NCBI RefSeq assembly: GCF_004010195.1
Contig: NC_057719.1
Coordinates: forward strand, 83,647,062-83,710,580
DNA from: Chiloscyllium plagiosum
Taxonomy: Eukaryota
Reading direction: 5' to 3'
Length of the DNA stretch: 63,519 nt
Made by a program: the position numbers and the translations under genes. Below the pieces are notes generated by a model that saw nothing but the letters and a program-made list of their open reading frames with translations, had not been told where the DNA came from and made no database searches. Below, one piece after another: positions 1 to 13,162 of this stretch. Numbering within the stretch: position 1 is the first letter of the stretch; every line of letters begins with the position of its first letter.

Positions 1-287
1 CCATGTTGACTATCCCTAATCAGTCCTTGCTTTCCAAATACATGTGCATCCTGTCCCTCAGGATTCCCTCCAACAACTTGCCCACCACCGACATCAGGCT
101 CACTGGTCTATAGTTCCCTGGCTTGTCCTTACCACCCTTCTTAAACAGTGGCACCACGTTGGCCAACCTCCAGTCTTCTGGCACCTCAGCTGTGACTATC
201 GATGATACAAATATCTCAGTAAGGGGCCCAGCAATCACTCCCCTCGCTTCCCACAGAGTTCTTGGGTACACCTGATCAGGTCCCGGG
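1..287 (-). mobile_element. CR1/HER1-like LINE fragment (RT N-terminal part), cut by window edge
   Basis: Translation SPGPDQVYPRTLWE..WRLANVVPLFKKGGKDKPGNYRPVSLMSVVGKLLE; near-identical to 39875-40170. Confidence 0.93.
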
Positions 288-2692
288 GAAGCACTGAGGA
301 TGGCAAGAGTGTAAAATGTACTCCAGGTGGGGGATTTCAATGCCCACCACCAAGAGTGGCTTGGCAGCTGTGCTATTGATAGCTGTGCTACATTGGGTCC
401 TAAAGCACATAGCTGCTAGACTGGGTCTGCGGCAGGTGGTATGGGAACTAACAAGATGGATAAACATATTTAACCTCATCCCTATCAGCCTGCCAACTAC
501 AGAAGCATCTGTCCATGACAGAGGGACCACCGCACAGTCCCTGTGGGGACCAGGTCCCAGCTTCACCTTAAGAATACCCTGCATCGTGTTGTGTGGCACT
601 ATCACTGTGCTAAATGGGACAGACGTCAAACAGATCAAGCAGTTCAAGACTGGGCATCCTTGAGGTACTGCAAGCCATCAACAGCAGCAGCACTGTACTC
701 TAGCACAATCTGCAACCCCATGGCCTGGCATGTCCCCCACTCAACCATGTCCTTCAAGCCAAGGCATTGACCCTAAATCAATGGTGTGTGAAGGAGGGCA
801 TGCCAGGAGCTGCATCAGGCATACCTGAAAATGAGGTGTCAACCTGGTGAAATGACCAAACAGGTTACTTGAGTGCCCAGCAGCATAAACAGCCAGTGAT
901 AGACAGAGCTAAGCAACCCCACAACCAGTGGATCAGCTCTAAGTTCTGCAGTCCTGCCACATCCAATGGTGGATGATTAAACAACTCACATGAAGGGGGA
1001 GACTCCACAAATATGCCCACCCTCAATGTTGGAAAAGCCCAACACATCAGTGCAAAAGCTATTGCAGCAATCTTCAACTAGAAGTCAGGTGGATGGTCCA
1101 CCTTGGCCTCCTCCAGTAGTGCCCAGCATTACAGATACCAGTATTTCATTCACTCCATGTGATTATCAAGAAACAGTTGGAGACCCTGGATACTGCAAAG
1201 GCTATGGGCCCTGACAACATCTCGGCAGAACTGTTGCTCCAGAACTTGCCGCTCCCCTAGCCAAGCTGTTCCAGTACAGTTACAACACTGGCATCTGCCC
1301 GACAATGTGAAAAATTGCCCAGTGTGGAAAATATGTCCTGGACATAAAAAGCACAACAAATCCAACCTGGCCAATTACCACCCCTTCAGCCTCCTCTCGA
1401 TCATCAGTAAAGTGTTGGAAAGTGTCATCAACAGTAGCACCTGCTCAGCAATAACCTGCTCAGTGACGCCCAGTTTGGGTTCTGCCAGGGCCACTCAGCT
1501 CCTGACCTCATTACAGCCTTGGTTCAAACATGGACAAAAGAGGCTGAATTCCAGAGGGGAGGGGAGAGAGATAGTCCTTGACATCAAGACTGCATTCAAC
1601 CCAGTTAGGCATTAAGGAGCCCGAGCAAAACTGGAATCAGTGGGTACCAGGGGGGCAAATTCTCTGCTGGTTGGAATCATATCTGGCACACAGGAAGATG
1701 GTCGTGGTTGTTGGAGGGTCAATCATCTCAGCTCCAGGACATCTCTGCAGGGCTTCCTCAGAGTAGTGTCCTAAGCCCAATTACCTTCAGCTGCTCCATC
1801 GTAAGGTGAAAATTGGGAATGTTTGCCAATGTTCAGCACCATTTGTGACTCCTCAGATACCGAAGCAGTCTGTGCTAAATACAACAAGGTCTGGACAATA
1901 TCCAGGTTTGGGTTGACAAGTGGCAAGTAGCATTCTTGCCACACAAATGACCATCATGATTAAGATACAATCTAACCACCACCCCTTGACATTCAGTGGT
2001 GTTACAATAACTGAATCCCCCTCTATCAAACATCTCCGGGTTACCATTGACCAGAAAGTCAACTGGACTCACCACATAAACACAATGGTCACAAGAGCAA
2101 ATCAGAGTCTAGGAGTAACTGTGGCAAGTAACTCACCCCCTGACTCCCAAAAGCTGGTCCATCATCTACAAGGCCCAAGTCAGCATTGCCATGTAATACT
2201 CCCCATTTGCCTGGATGGGTGCACCTCCAATAGCACTCAAGATGCTTGACACCATCTAGGACAAAACAGCCTGTTTGATTGGCATCACATCCACAAGTAT
2301 CCACTCCCTCCACCACCAACACTCAGTGCAGCAGTGTGTACTATCTACAAGATGCACTGCAGAATTTCACCAAAGATCCTCAGCCAGCACCTTCCAAACC
2401 CACTTCCATCTAGAAGGACAACAGCAATAGATACAAGGGAAAAACACCACGTTAAGCTCCCCTCCAAGCCACTCATCTTCCTGACTTGGAAATAATTGAT
2501 TGCTCTTTCACTATTGCTGTGTCAACATCCTGGAATTCCCTCCCAAAAGGCATTATGGGTCAACCTATGGCACATAGACTGCAGTGGTTCAAGAAGGCAG
2601 CTCACCCTCACCTTCTCAAGGGACAATTAGAGAAGGACAATAAATCCTGGCCTAGCCAGCAACACCCATATCCCACAAATTAATTTTAAAAA
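288..2692 (+). mobile_element. Degenerate non-LTR retrotransposon (APE endonuclease + RT; CR1/Jockey group, distinct from HER1), 3' end present
   Basis: Frameshifted motifs GDFNAHHQEWLG (~330), KKHNKSNLANYHPFSLLSIISKVLE, QFGF, LDIKTAF; 3' tail ggacaataaatcctggcctagccagc followed by A/T-rich end. Clade assignment is tentative. Confidence 0.85.
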
Positions 2693-3039
2693 GATGCCAG
2701 AGTGAGGAAACTATAAGTAATGAATGTGAAGGTAATGGGTTTGCATGGTCATGTAGCATGGAGTGGAAATAGCACATAGTGAGTAGTACATTGGATGAGG
2801 ACTTTATACAGGATACAGAGCACCATCAATGACAGACATAGAGCAAGACCATTCAGTCTGTCAAACCTGTTCTGTCATTCTATGAGATCACAGCTGATCG
2901 ATCTGCCCTCATTTGCTCACTATCCCTTGCTGCTGCTCAAAGCTGCTCCTATCTGTTGTCACGGTTTGACACACCCATCTGCCTTGTGCTGTCCTCTTTT
3001 GTCTAGTGCAGTTCATCTGCGACCACTCTGAGACAATTC

Positions 3040-4390
3040 TTCACCCAACTACACCCACATAGCCCTCTTTCTGCTGCCTTCCAGTATGCCTCTCCATGGG
3101 ACCCCTGTAGCTTTTCAGTTCTAACCAAATGGTTAAAATACTGACACTTTCTTTTCTGATGTCTATTTTTACAGTTCTTTTTGTTCTTGCAGTTTCAAGT
3201 GCATTTTTGTTTGTCTCCTGGCCTATATATAGAATTTTTAGCATACATCCTAACATCCACATTTCAAAGGCCTGTATTCCCTTGTATTGATCTTCATTTA
3301 TTACTCAGATTTCAGAGGCATATGGGTAACTGGATGGAATGTACCATCTTACCTTGATATAATCTTGGGCCTTCCTATTGTTAAGAATTCCTTCACCTTC
3401 ACAGAAATAACTCTAAGTATCTCCATCCTTCCTCGTGTATCACATCTGCCAGCTTCTGTTTCTCATTTGTCCTAAACAGACATATTGACTGACACCTGTT
3501 ATGGCTCAGACCTTAACCTCCTCAAAATACATGAAGAAGATAACTTAGACTCTAACTTCTTATTTTAAAAGCAAATAGCAGTTGTTGTATTCCAGATGCA
3601 ATTCAATAGGTCAAATTACCAGCCTTGAAGTCAAACACACTTTATTTGTACACTATAGTTAAAATCTAACTAAAAAGAAAAGAAATTGTTATAACAACTC
3701 TACTGGAAAACTTAATTTAACAATAGATTAATAACTACTATTGATTAACTGTTCCAATATAGTAACAGCCCATAAACACAATCTTGGTAAAGGCAATTCA
3801 GTAAAATACATTGTCTCACATGCAATTCTCCAGTTCAGGAGGAAATCATCAAAAGAAAATTCTGAGAGAGCGAGAGAGAGGCAGGGAGAGATGTACTGCA
3901 GTTTCAAACCCAGCTTCAAACCCCCAGCAATAACTGTGACTGAAAAACTAAAACTAAAATGCCTGGTTCTGTGGGAGCTTCGCCCCACCCATTCAGGCTG
4001 TTTCTATTGTTCCAGCTTAAAAAAAAACCAAGGCCTCACAAGCTGTTTATTTTGTGGGCTTTCAATAGACAAAACTCAGCATCTCTGCCTTAAAACCTCT
4101 CTTCAAAAAAAAGGACAAAATTAACCTTAAAGCCAGAGAATCGTCACACACCATCCTTTCGATCTTCTCCAGTTTCTCTGAATATACTCCACTGAATGAC
4201 CATGTTGTCTTTCTGATGTTTCAACCCAATCTATATTCAGAACTCTTGGGGCCTCTTCCAACTCTGCAAGTAGCACTGTGTCATCAATGTACGCCGAGTT
4301 TGTTATGGTAAGGCATCCAATTTCTTTACCCCTGGACAGCCATCTAATTCTCCGAGTATTTATTCTTCGTACAAATTGAGGGAGCCCTCA
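3040..4390 (-). mobile_element. RTE-clade LINE remnant, interrupted by a solo LTR
   Basis: Minus-strand ITNSAYIDDTVLLAE (~4260-4305; cf. INNLRYADDTVL) and RIQAFEMWMLGCMLKI (~3235-3280; cf. EAFEMWCYRRMLKI). Confidence 0.7.
3497..4148 (-). mobile_element. Solo LTR (probably Gypsy/Ty3), 652 bp
   Basis: Begins TGTTA, ends TCACA, flanked by 4-bp direct repeat CACC (3493-3496, 4149-4152); AATAAA on minus strand near 3641; related fragment at ~46425-46600. Confidence 0.8.
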
Positions 4391-4544
4391 AGATGGAGGG
4401 GTGAGCAATGGGTGATCTCTGAGGTAAAGATTGATTAAAATTGATAAATACAGGAAACATCCCAGGTGTAAATGGAGCAACAATGGAACATCTCTAAAGC
4501 AATTGGAGAAACAGAAATAATAACAGAAATTTGGGAAACGTATC

Positions 4545-4740
4545 TTAGAATCCCTACAGTGTGGAAACAGGCCATTCAGCCCAACACACCAACCCTCTGA
4601 ACAGCATCCCACCCAGACTCACCCCCCTTACCCAGTCCCTGTAACCTTGCATTTCCCATGGCTAATCCACTTAACTTTCACATCCCTGAACACTATGCTC
4701 AGTTTAGCATGGCCAATCCATCTAACCTGCACATCTTTGG
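4545..4740 (-). mobile_element. HE1 SINE, 3' part
   Basis: Antisense of the gggcctgtttccacactgtagggattct tail and body. Confidence 0.85.
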
Positions 4741-5004
4741 GCTGATTGGTCTATACTGAACAACTTTTGAGACATTCATTATTTGTGAAGTTGCCTCAGA
4801 AACCTAAAGCAATCGAGCAAAATCATTTCAGAATTATAGGAATGTGTCTTCACATTAAAGTGATTGTGAAATTATCGAAAGAAATAGCTCATTGGGGATT
4901 GGTGAAAAGCAATCTGGATTTAGATCTGAAATAAGAACTATGGGGGGAATTTTAAAATTAATAACAGTGTTCGATAAGTATGTGCTTTGACATTGATGTT
5001 GATT

Positions 5005-5373
5005 AAACCAGAGCCAAACAGATCATTTGGCCCATTGCTTCCACACCAACCCACTGAAGAGCATTCCACCTAGAGTCTCTACCCTATCCCTGTAACCCTG
5101 GGGTTCCCATGACCAACCTAACTAGCCTGCACAGCCCTAGATACTATGCGCAATTTAGCATGGTTAATCCACCTAGCCTGCACATCCCTGGACACAATGG
5201 GCAATTGAGCATAGCCAATCCACCTAACCTGATTGTGAGAGGAAAACCAGAGCACTCAGGGGTATCCCGGGGAGAATGTGCAAACTCCACACAGACAGTC
5301 GTCCGAGGGTGAAATTGAACTTGGGTCCTGGCGCTGTGAGGCAGCAGTGCTGACCACAGAGCCACCGTGCCAC
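5005..5373 (-). mobile_element. HE1 SINE with duplicated internal ~50-bp unit
   Basis: tRNA-like head (A/B boxes) at 5310-5373, V-domain, repeated cctaacctgcacatccc units. Confidence 0.88.
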
Positions 5374-6351
5374 CTACAATATAGTAAGCATCTAGCTACA
5401 AGAGGGCACCCAAACATGTTGGCATTCTTACCTGACAACAATCTACCAATCTCAGGTTTGAAAGTTCCAGGTGCACCCATCCCCCCAGTCTTTCTTGGAG
5501 GGCGGGGTAAGGAGTTTTAGGTTTCCTCTAAACACTTTTATTGAAAGAAAAACAGTTCCAGAGTTTCCTCTTGAACAGCCTCCGGCTAATCAAATGTTCA
5601 TTCGGATGTCAGGGCTGGCCTGATAGACTGAATGGTCTCTTTCTGTGCTGTATCACCTCTATAGCTCTGTGTTAACACAAGGGAACACAGCCATGTTTAA
5701 GCAAGCTGAGGTAATCTCTTGGCAGGAAGAACACATCAGGTGCCTCCCTGGACATTTCACAAGATCATCAAGGTTTAGGCAACGTGGTTGGGGGGGGGCG
5801 GGGCTTTATGGATGAGAAGGCTATGAAGTCAGTGGCAATGTGAAAACTGCACAGGTTTAACAGAAGTGTTTAAAGGGGAACCTACTAATCATGCAAGTAG
5901 GAAATGAGAACTGAAATTGTCGGGAATGCAAAATGAGGCCCAAGAGTGTTTGTAAGGAGAAAAGGCAGGCTAATATTTAACATACTAGATCCTGGTCCAA
6001 AACTGGAAACCAAATCCTTTTAATAAGGCCAGACAAGTAAAACATGGTGGAGGCACAGGGCAGATGCAAGTCCCCAGCAAACGCTACGTTAATGAGACAG
6101 AGCCAACTGAGTGTGTATCTTATGGAAATTTCCCGGATAGTGATATGTAGGATAGGGCAGGGGAAAGTAAATCTGGAATGCTGTCCCATGTCGAATTGCT
6201 ATGGTAGAACATGCTCAACTATTATATTCAATGTTAATTTCATCACTGATAGACGGAGGTTCCTCAAAATCCAAGGCTGATCATCACAGGGAACAGACTC
6301 CTGGGCAGGACTGTGCAGACAATTGAAGCCAATGAAGAAATGGAGGGGGGG

Positions 6352-6640
6352 GGGCATAGTGGCACAGCACCAGGGACCCGAGTTTGGTTCCAGCCTCGGG
6401 CGACTGTCTGTGTGGAGTTTGCACATTCGCCCCGTGTCTGCATGGGTTTCCTCCGGGTGCTCCAGTTTCCTCCCACAGTCTAAAGATGTGCAGATTAGGT
6501 GAATTGGCTATGCTCAATTGCTCATAGTGTTAGGTGCATCAGTTGGGAAGAAATAGGTCTGGGTGGGGTACTCTTCGGAGGGTCGGTTTGGACTTGTTGG
6601 GTCAAAGGGCCTGTTTCCACACTGCAGGGAATTTAATCTA
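6352..6640 (+). mobile_element. HE1 SINE
   Basis: Head, conserved tgtgtggagtttgcacattc..ggtttcctcccacagtc core, CR1-like tail. Confidence 0.9.
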
Positions 6641-6894
6641 ACTGGCGGAGATAATCGAAGGAAAATGAGCCTTTTTGGATAGATAAACTAAGATAGGCTG
6701 AATGGCCTTGCTCTTCTATCTCTGTGTTTGAAACTTGAGTCCAGGTTCTGCTGTAGTGGCATGGGGAGGAGTTAAGGGCAGTAGGGAGGTTGCAGTTTCC
6801 CACTGTGCCTGTGACTGTGGGCTCCCACTCCCCATAGCACAGAACAAAATAGCAGTATGGCTGTGTAGTGCATCCTGACTCTTTAGATGATTTA

Positions 6895-7142
6895 GAATCA
6901 TAGAGATGTACAGCACGGAAACAGACCTTTTGGTCCAACTNNNNNNNNNNNNNNNNNNNNNNNNNNNNNNNNNNNNNNNNNNNNNNNNNNNNNNNNNNNN
7001 NNNNNNNNNNNNNNNNNNNNNNNNNNNNNNNNNNNNNNNNNNNNNNNNNNNNNNNNNNNNCGCTCCAGGGAAAACAGCCCCAGCCTATTCAGCCTCTCCC
7101 TACAAATCCTCCAACCCTGGCAACATCATTGTAAGTCTTTTT
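6895..7142 (-). mobile_element. CR1/HER1 3' end spanning an assembly gap
   Basis: catagagatgtacagcacggaaacagacc and ctccagggaaaacagccccagcctattc. Confidence 0.85.
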
Positions 7143-7479
7143 TTTAAAATTGTCACACGTATTTTGATAGAAACTACAGTGAGAAGTGTTGTAGAGTGTC
7201 ACCACTCTCCAACACCATCTTAAGACACATAAAAGTAAACCAAAACATAGAATATAAAGGCAAAAAAAATAACGATGAGGCACACAGATCCTGCTGACAT
7301 TTGTACTGAGCAGTGCTGATGGTCAAAGGAAGCTACCTGTTAGCAGCACAATGCTGGGAAACTGCCTCCAGAGGGTTAAAAGCCTCACACAGAGATACTG
7401 TTAACTCATTCATCACAGGTCAGGGAGAGGTGTTGTATAAGGACCACCCTTAATGAGGGAATACTTACTGTAGGTAGTC

Positions 7480-8225
7480 AGAGGACTTTTCCCAGGGTGG
7501 ATGAAATGACTGTACAGTGGCCGATATGCCGCCACCAATCACTTTATTTATTTGTGCACAGTACACTGCCTGTGTGGCCAGCCAGCTCAGAGTCAGTCAC
7601 CTGAACTGAGGAGACTCCAACTCTCTTGGTCATATTGGTCAGCCAGGGCCCAGCTTAACAGCCCCAGTCAAGGATCTCATAGTCAACAAGGGCCAGCTGC
7701 TCCAATCATTATAATGGAAAGGTCAATTCCAAGAGGGGACAGGTTCAAAGAGAGAAGGGGAAAGTTTGGGGGAAAAGTGTGGGGAAAATGTTTCACACAG
7801 AGGGTAGTGCGTGCCTGGAACGCACTGCCAATAGAGGTGGTGGAAGCAGGCCCAGTAGCAACGTTTCAGCCTGCCTTGGTAGACACATGAACAGGAGGTG
7901 ATGAGAGAAATGGAAACCGCGCATGGACAATAGGTAATGGATCTAAATAAGGACTGGGAATCGGCACAGGCTTGGTGGGCTGTAGGGCCTGTTCCTGTGC
8001 TGTACTGTATTGTATACTGTATTATCTGGAACTCACTGCCTTACAGATAGTAAAAGCAGGAATCTTCAAGGCCTTTAAAGGATTATTTAGATGAACAGTT
8101 GAAACACCACAAGAGCTAAGTACAGGGAGATGGGATTAGAATTGATCATGTTTGATGACCAGCAGGGTTCTGGTAGACCAAATGGCATCTTTCCATACTG
8201 TCAACAAACTCAATGATTCTAACTC
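7480..8225 (+). mobile_element. CR1 3'-end fragments (two in tandem) with a ~200-bp unrelated insert at ~7510-7715
   Basis: FTQRVVRAWNALPIEVVEAG; gggcctgttcctgtgctgta tail. Confidence 0.7.
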
Positions 8226-9537
8226 TAGAAGGTGGTTTTGCATATTTTTCGAAGTCTTTTTTAATCAGGTAACTCACAGCTGGTGAACTGGAGAGAGATA
8301 AACATGCTCATTTTACATGATAAACTAATTTTCAGCTGTATTAATCAACCATTCCTAAATATTTTAAAGACAAAATGTTATTTTCTATAATGATATTTTG
8401 AAATGCTACCCAACTGCAGCAGTCCATGCATAGCTTCACAAAATGCAAACAGGTTTGTGCAGGATCCTGGGGTGGGGAAGATCTCTTTTCGAAATAGCTG
8501 CAACTATGTTTACACTGGAGTCGACTGTGCTCAAAGGGCAAATTGTTGTGTCATAAGAAAAGTTCAATTTTGCCTGAAATATATGAGGGGCATTTGAGGG
8601 GTTCACCTGACTGGATTGATGTGAGCTGTTAATATTCACCTGAGAGCAGGAAGTTATGTCTCGAGTTCCAGTGTCTGCCAATCCTGTGTTGGTGCCCTTA
8701 CTCTTTCTAGCCTACACCAGGATTCAGAAACTCAAAGTGGTCACCTTCGAAGGTGACCATCGTAGGTGAAATTTGGAAGAGACAGCTCAGAATCTGCAAG
8801 GTGAGGTGGATGAGATATGCAAGGGGCCAGAACAACAGTGGATAAAGCTAATTCAGACCAGTACAGAGTCAAGACAGAAAGGAAGTATAGACTCTCAGGT
8901 TAACAACATTGAAATAGCTCAGACTGACACTGGCACAATGCAATTGAAGCTAAGAATGCCTGCATAAAGCAGAGTAGCAATAAATGAAGGTTACATTTAA
9001 CTACAGGATCAAAACAGCAGAAGAGAAATCAGATTTAACACTCAAATTGTATTCAAAGCAATATATTCACATTTGTAGGTCATTCAGCCACTTGAGCTTG
9101 TTTTGACCTGCCACTGGATCGCAACTGATTGTATTTTCCACCAGGACCATTATGATTGGAGTTTTCTGTCTGAATTTCTTTTTCCACAAAGCCAGGTGGC
9201 AAAGGAGATCAAGCTTTGCATCCATTTTTAGTAGGTTTACATTTTTGGAGACAAACGTAACAAGTATATACTTCCTCAATGAAAAGTTTCAGTCTGTCCC
9301 TATGTTTACAAAGATAAATGAGTCCCCAGTTATTGCCTACCACCACATACAATTAACAGCGACTTAAACCGATACAGTATTCCAAGTGGGATCTGACGAG
9401 TACAATCTGGACAGGGAGTTATAACGGATAATCAAAAGATTAATAGAAAGCTGACCTTTACTTCACATCTCCAGTGCTGTGGTTTAACCTCATCTGGAGT
9501 CTGACATTCAATTCTGACCCTGCACTTCAAGAAGTGG

Positions 9538-9838
9538 GGCGGCGCAGTGGCACAGTGGTTAGCACTGCTGCCTCACAGCGCCAGGGTCCCAGGTTCGATT
9601 CCAGCCTCGGGCAACTGTCTGTGTGGACATTCTCTCCATGACTGCGTGGGTTTCCTCCGGGTGCTCCGGTTTCCTCCCGCAGTCCAAAGATGTGCAGGTC
9701 AGGTGAATTGCTAAATTGCCCATTACTCAGCGGTACATATGGAGAATGGGTCTGAGTGGGTTGCTCTTCAGAGGGTCGGTATGGACTTGTTGGGCCGAAG
9801 GGCCTGTTTCCATACTGTAAGTAATCTAAACTAATCAA
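9538..9838 (+). mobile_element. HE1 SINE
   Basis: ggcggcgcagtggcacagtggttagcact A box, ggttcgattcc B box, (atcta)-type tail. Confidence 0.92.
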
Positions 9839-10149
9839 ACTTGCCCTGGACAAGAACTGTGTCAATTCCTCACTATCATTGCTGTGCTGAAAGGATAAGA
9901 TGATGAGGACAGGTTCTATTGACTAAGGCTGCATTCCCTGGGTGTAGACGATTAAGCGCGGTCTAACTGAGGTGTTTAGGAAAAAGAATTTGAAGGAAAC
10001 TTGAATCATAACGACCTTGGTGGAAAATGGCAGAAATTTACAAGTGTAAATTGTCATGGTATGATTATCCTCCGCTGGTTTTGAAGCCTGGCCAGTCGAA
10101 CACAGAAGTAGATATGTGGGCTGGGTTACACAACGACAAAGAGAAAATA

Positions 10150-10865
10150 GGAGAAAGTGAGGACTGCAGATGCTGGAGATCAGAGCTGAAAAATGTGTTG
10201 CTGGAAAAGCGCAGCAGGTCAGGCAGCATCCAAGGAGCAGGAGAATCGACGTTTCGGGCATAAGTCCTTCTTCAGGAATGAGGAAAGTGTGTCCAGCAGG
10301 CTAAGATAAAAGGTAGGGAGGAGGGACTTGGGGGAGGTGCGTTGGGAATGCGATAGGTGGAAGGAGGTTAAGGTGAGGGTGATAGGCTGGAGAGGGGGTG
10401 GGCGCGGAGAGGTCAGGAAGAAGATTGCAGGTCAAGAAGGCGGTGCTNNNNNNNNNNNNNNNNNNNNNNNNNNNNNNNNNNNNNNNNNNNNNNNNNNNNN
10501 NNNNNNNNNNNNNNNNNNNNNNNNNNNNNNNNNNNNNNNNNNNNNNNNNNNNNNNNNNNNNNNNNNNNNNNNNNNNNNNNNNNNNNNNNNNNNNNNNNNN
10601 NNNNNNNNNNNNNNNNNNNNNNNNNNNNNNNNNNNNNNNNNNNNNNNNNNNNNNNNNNNNNNNNNNNNNNNNNTGGGGGGGGGGTGGGGGGGGATGGGGG
10701 GGCGCAGGTTTGGCGGGGGAAGGGGCCGGGGGGGGGGGGGGTGTGGACCTGACGAGGGAGTCGCGGAGGGAGTGGTCTTTCCGGAACGCTGATAGGGGAG
10801 GGGAGGGAAATATATCCCTGGTGGTGGGGTCCGTTTGAAGGTGGCGGAAATGACGAAGGAAAAGA
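10150..10865 (-). mobile_element. Penelope-like element, 5'-truncated, spanning a gap, with 15-bp TSD
   Basis: LRHFRHLQTDPTTRDIFPSPPLSAFRKDHSLRDSLVRS (RT-GIY linker); terminal repeat 10151-10280; TSD gacaaagagaaaata at 10135-10149 and 10866-10880. Confidence 0.9.
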
Positions 10866-11409
10866 GACAAAGAGAAAATATATGATAAGGAAAATCCGGA
10901 ATATTTTGAGAGACCTTTCAATTGGATATTGATGCAAGATTGGATTAGAATTACTGGATGGATAAAAACATGGATCTGTTAAATGCATATGAGGTGTCAT
11001 CAGAAGCAAATGGATATTGGAAAACAGATTATTCCATGGAAGAATATACCAAGGAGTTTAATAAGTTGTATTAAAATGTCAATGAAATTCAATTTGAGGA
11101 TCTCTGGTCAGGGGCTTTACAGAAATCCAAACTCAAGATTGTCTTCAACTATTCCAAACTGTAAACTCAGTTCCCTATTTTGTTTCAATTTCTTTGCCTG
11201 TCTTGGATTTTCTTATTTTCACTTTCAGGCAACAGCACACCTTCTGCGGACTCAGTTTTTGATGCTTTGTTTCTTTTCTTACCCCATTTCCACTTCCGTT
11301 AGTCCTGTAAGTCTCACCCTTTGTCATTCAATCTCTCCTATCTTCCACACTATCACTGACCTTCCTTCGCCCTTGTCCCGTGCAGTCTTACATCCTTAAC
11401 ATTTCCTGG

Positions 11410-11922
11410 CCATAGAGATGCACAGCACAGAAACAGACCCTTCGGTTCAACTCGTCCATGCTGACCAGATATCCTAAACTAATTTAGTCCCATTTGCTAG
11501 CACTTGGCCCATATCCCTCTAAACCCTTCCTATTCACATACCCAACCAGATCCCTTTTAAATGTTGTAATTGTCCCAGACTCCACCACTTCCTCTGGCAG
11601 CCCATTTCAAACACACACCACCCTCTGTGTGAAAAAGTTGCCCCTTAGGTCCCTTTTATATCTTTGCCCTCTCACCATAAACATACACCCTCTAGTTTTG
11701 GACCCTCCTGGGGAAAAGACCTTGGCTATTCAGCCTATCTATGCCCCCCATAATTTCATAAACCTCTTTAAGGTCACCCCTCAGCCTCCATTGCTCTAGA
11801 GAAAACAGTCCTCTCCCTCCAACCCTGGCAACATCCTCGTAAATCTTTTCTGCACATTTTCATGTTTAACACCACCTTTCCTTTAGCAAGGAGACCGGAA
11901 ATGAATTCAGTATTCCAAAAAT
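11410..11922 (-). mobile_element. CR1/HER1 3' end
   Basis: Antisense of ..GNFFTQRVV..EVVESGTITTFKRDLVGYVNRKGLEGYGPSA and HER1 tail; inserted in an older PLE 3' fragment (~11110-12010, + strand). Confidence 0.9.
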
Positions 11923-12429
11923 TCTGATGCTGTCATTGACCTGAAACATTCACTCTGTTTCGCTGTCCACAGTGGCTGCCTAGACCTGTAGAGTTTCTCC
12001 AGCATCTTTTTTTCTAATTTAAATTACAGAATTGTTTAAGATGTTTTATATGGATTAACTGGTATTTGGTTCCTGGAGGAGACTCCATTAGTTCAGATGT
12101 CTGCGGTCTTAAAAAATTCTTGTGGAAACAATAACTGCCTTTCGCAATAAATGGCAAGTTCTGTACTGACACAAAGAACAGAAGATTTGATGACTGCCAA
12201 ATGTCAAAATTGTCCAGATATTGGGAGCAGGCATCAAGACTGTGGAAGAGTTAAAGACAAGTAGAAGGAAGATGAAAGCATCTCTAGCAAATATGACTAT
12301 TACAGCAGAAGACAAATTTGGAACAAAAAGAGTCAGTTCCAGAAATACCTGAGGACCATAAATAGGTGCTTTAGGTGTAACACAACGTATCGTTAAGTGG
12401 TGAACCCCCAAAGTGGAGAACGTCCTGAC

Positions 12430-13162
12430 TTTAAAACTTTAGTTAGGCTGCATGTGGAGTATTGTGGAGAGGGCACAGAAGATGTTCACCGGGATGTTGC
12501 CTGGATTGAAATGCATTAGCTATATCGGACAAACTTGAATTGTTTTCATTAGAGTGTCAGGAACTGAAGGGTGACCTGATAGAAGTATAGACAGTTCTTC
12601 TATAACACGATGGTGGCGTTCTTGTGCAAGCCCGCATTATAGAGATTTAGAAACAGCTCTTAAAGTATTGTTGAGGTAATCGCCTTGCAGCCAATGCACG
12701 ATTTTAAAATTTGCGCTTTAGGAACAGAGTCCCCAAGTCATCAATCACATTGCAGCGAATTCAGGTTGATGAAACGTTGGCGTTACAGCAGAAAGACCTG
12801 TACATAAAATTATAAGTGGCATGGATAGGGTAGACAAATGGGAGTCATGTTATCAGGATGGAAACGTTAAATACTAGGGGGGCATAATTTAAGATGAGAG
12901 GGGAAACGTTTAAGGGATATTTGCGAGGCAAATTTTCTTTACTTAGAGGGTGGTAGGTCCCTGGAATGTGGTGCCAGTGGAGATGGTAAAAACAGATTTG
13001 ATAGCAATGCTTCAGGGGCGTTTAGACAGATACATGAACAGGCAGGGAAAAGAGGGATACTGACCATGTGCAGGCAGATAGGATTAGTTTAGAATAGCAT
13101 CATGGTTGGCACTAATGTTGGGCCGAACGGCCTGTTCCTGTGATGTGCTGTTCTATGTTTTA
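12430..13162 (+). mobile_element. Older CR1 3' fragment interrupted by a MITE
   Basis: ERAQKMFTGMLPGL..LKGDLIEVY..; gggccgaacggcctgttcctgtg tail. Confidence 0.8.
12591..12802. mobile_element. Tc1/mariner (Tigger/pogo-like) MITE
   Basis: Imperfect TIRs cagttcttctataacacg / cgttacagcagaaagacctg followed by TA; same family at 33320-33513 and 45890-46083. Confidence 0.6.

Noticed and set aside
9067..9279. 70-aa minus-strand ORF with a donor-like gtgaat
   Set aside because: Its end resembles a decayed CR1 3' tail (gctcaagtggctgaatgacctac); no good acceptor.
10301..11009. 150-200 aa ORFs
   Set aside because: They span an N gap; the real part is PLE linker sequence.
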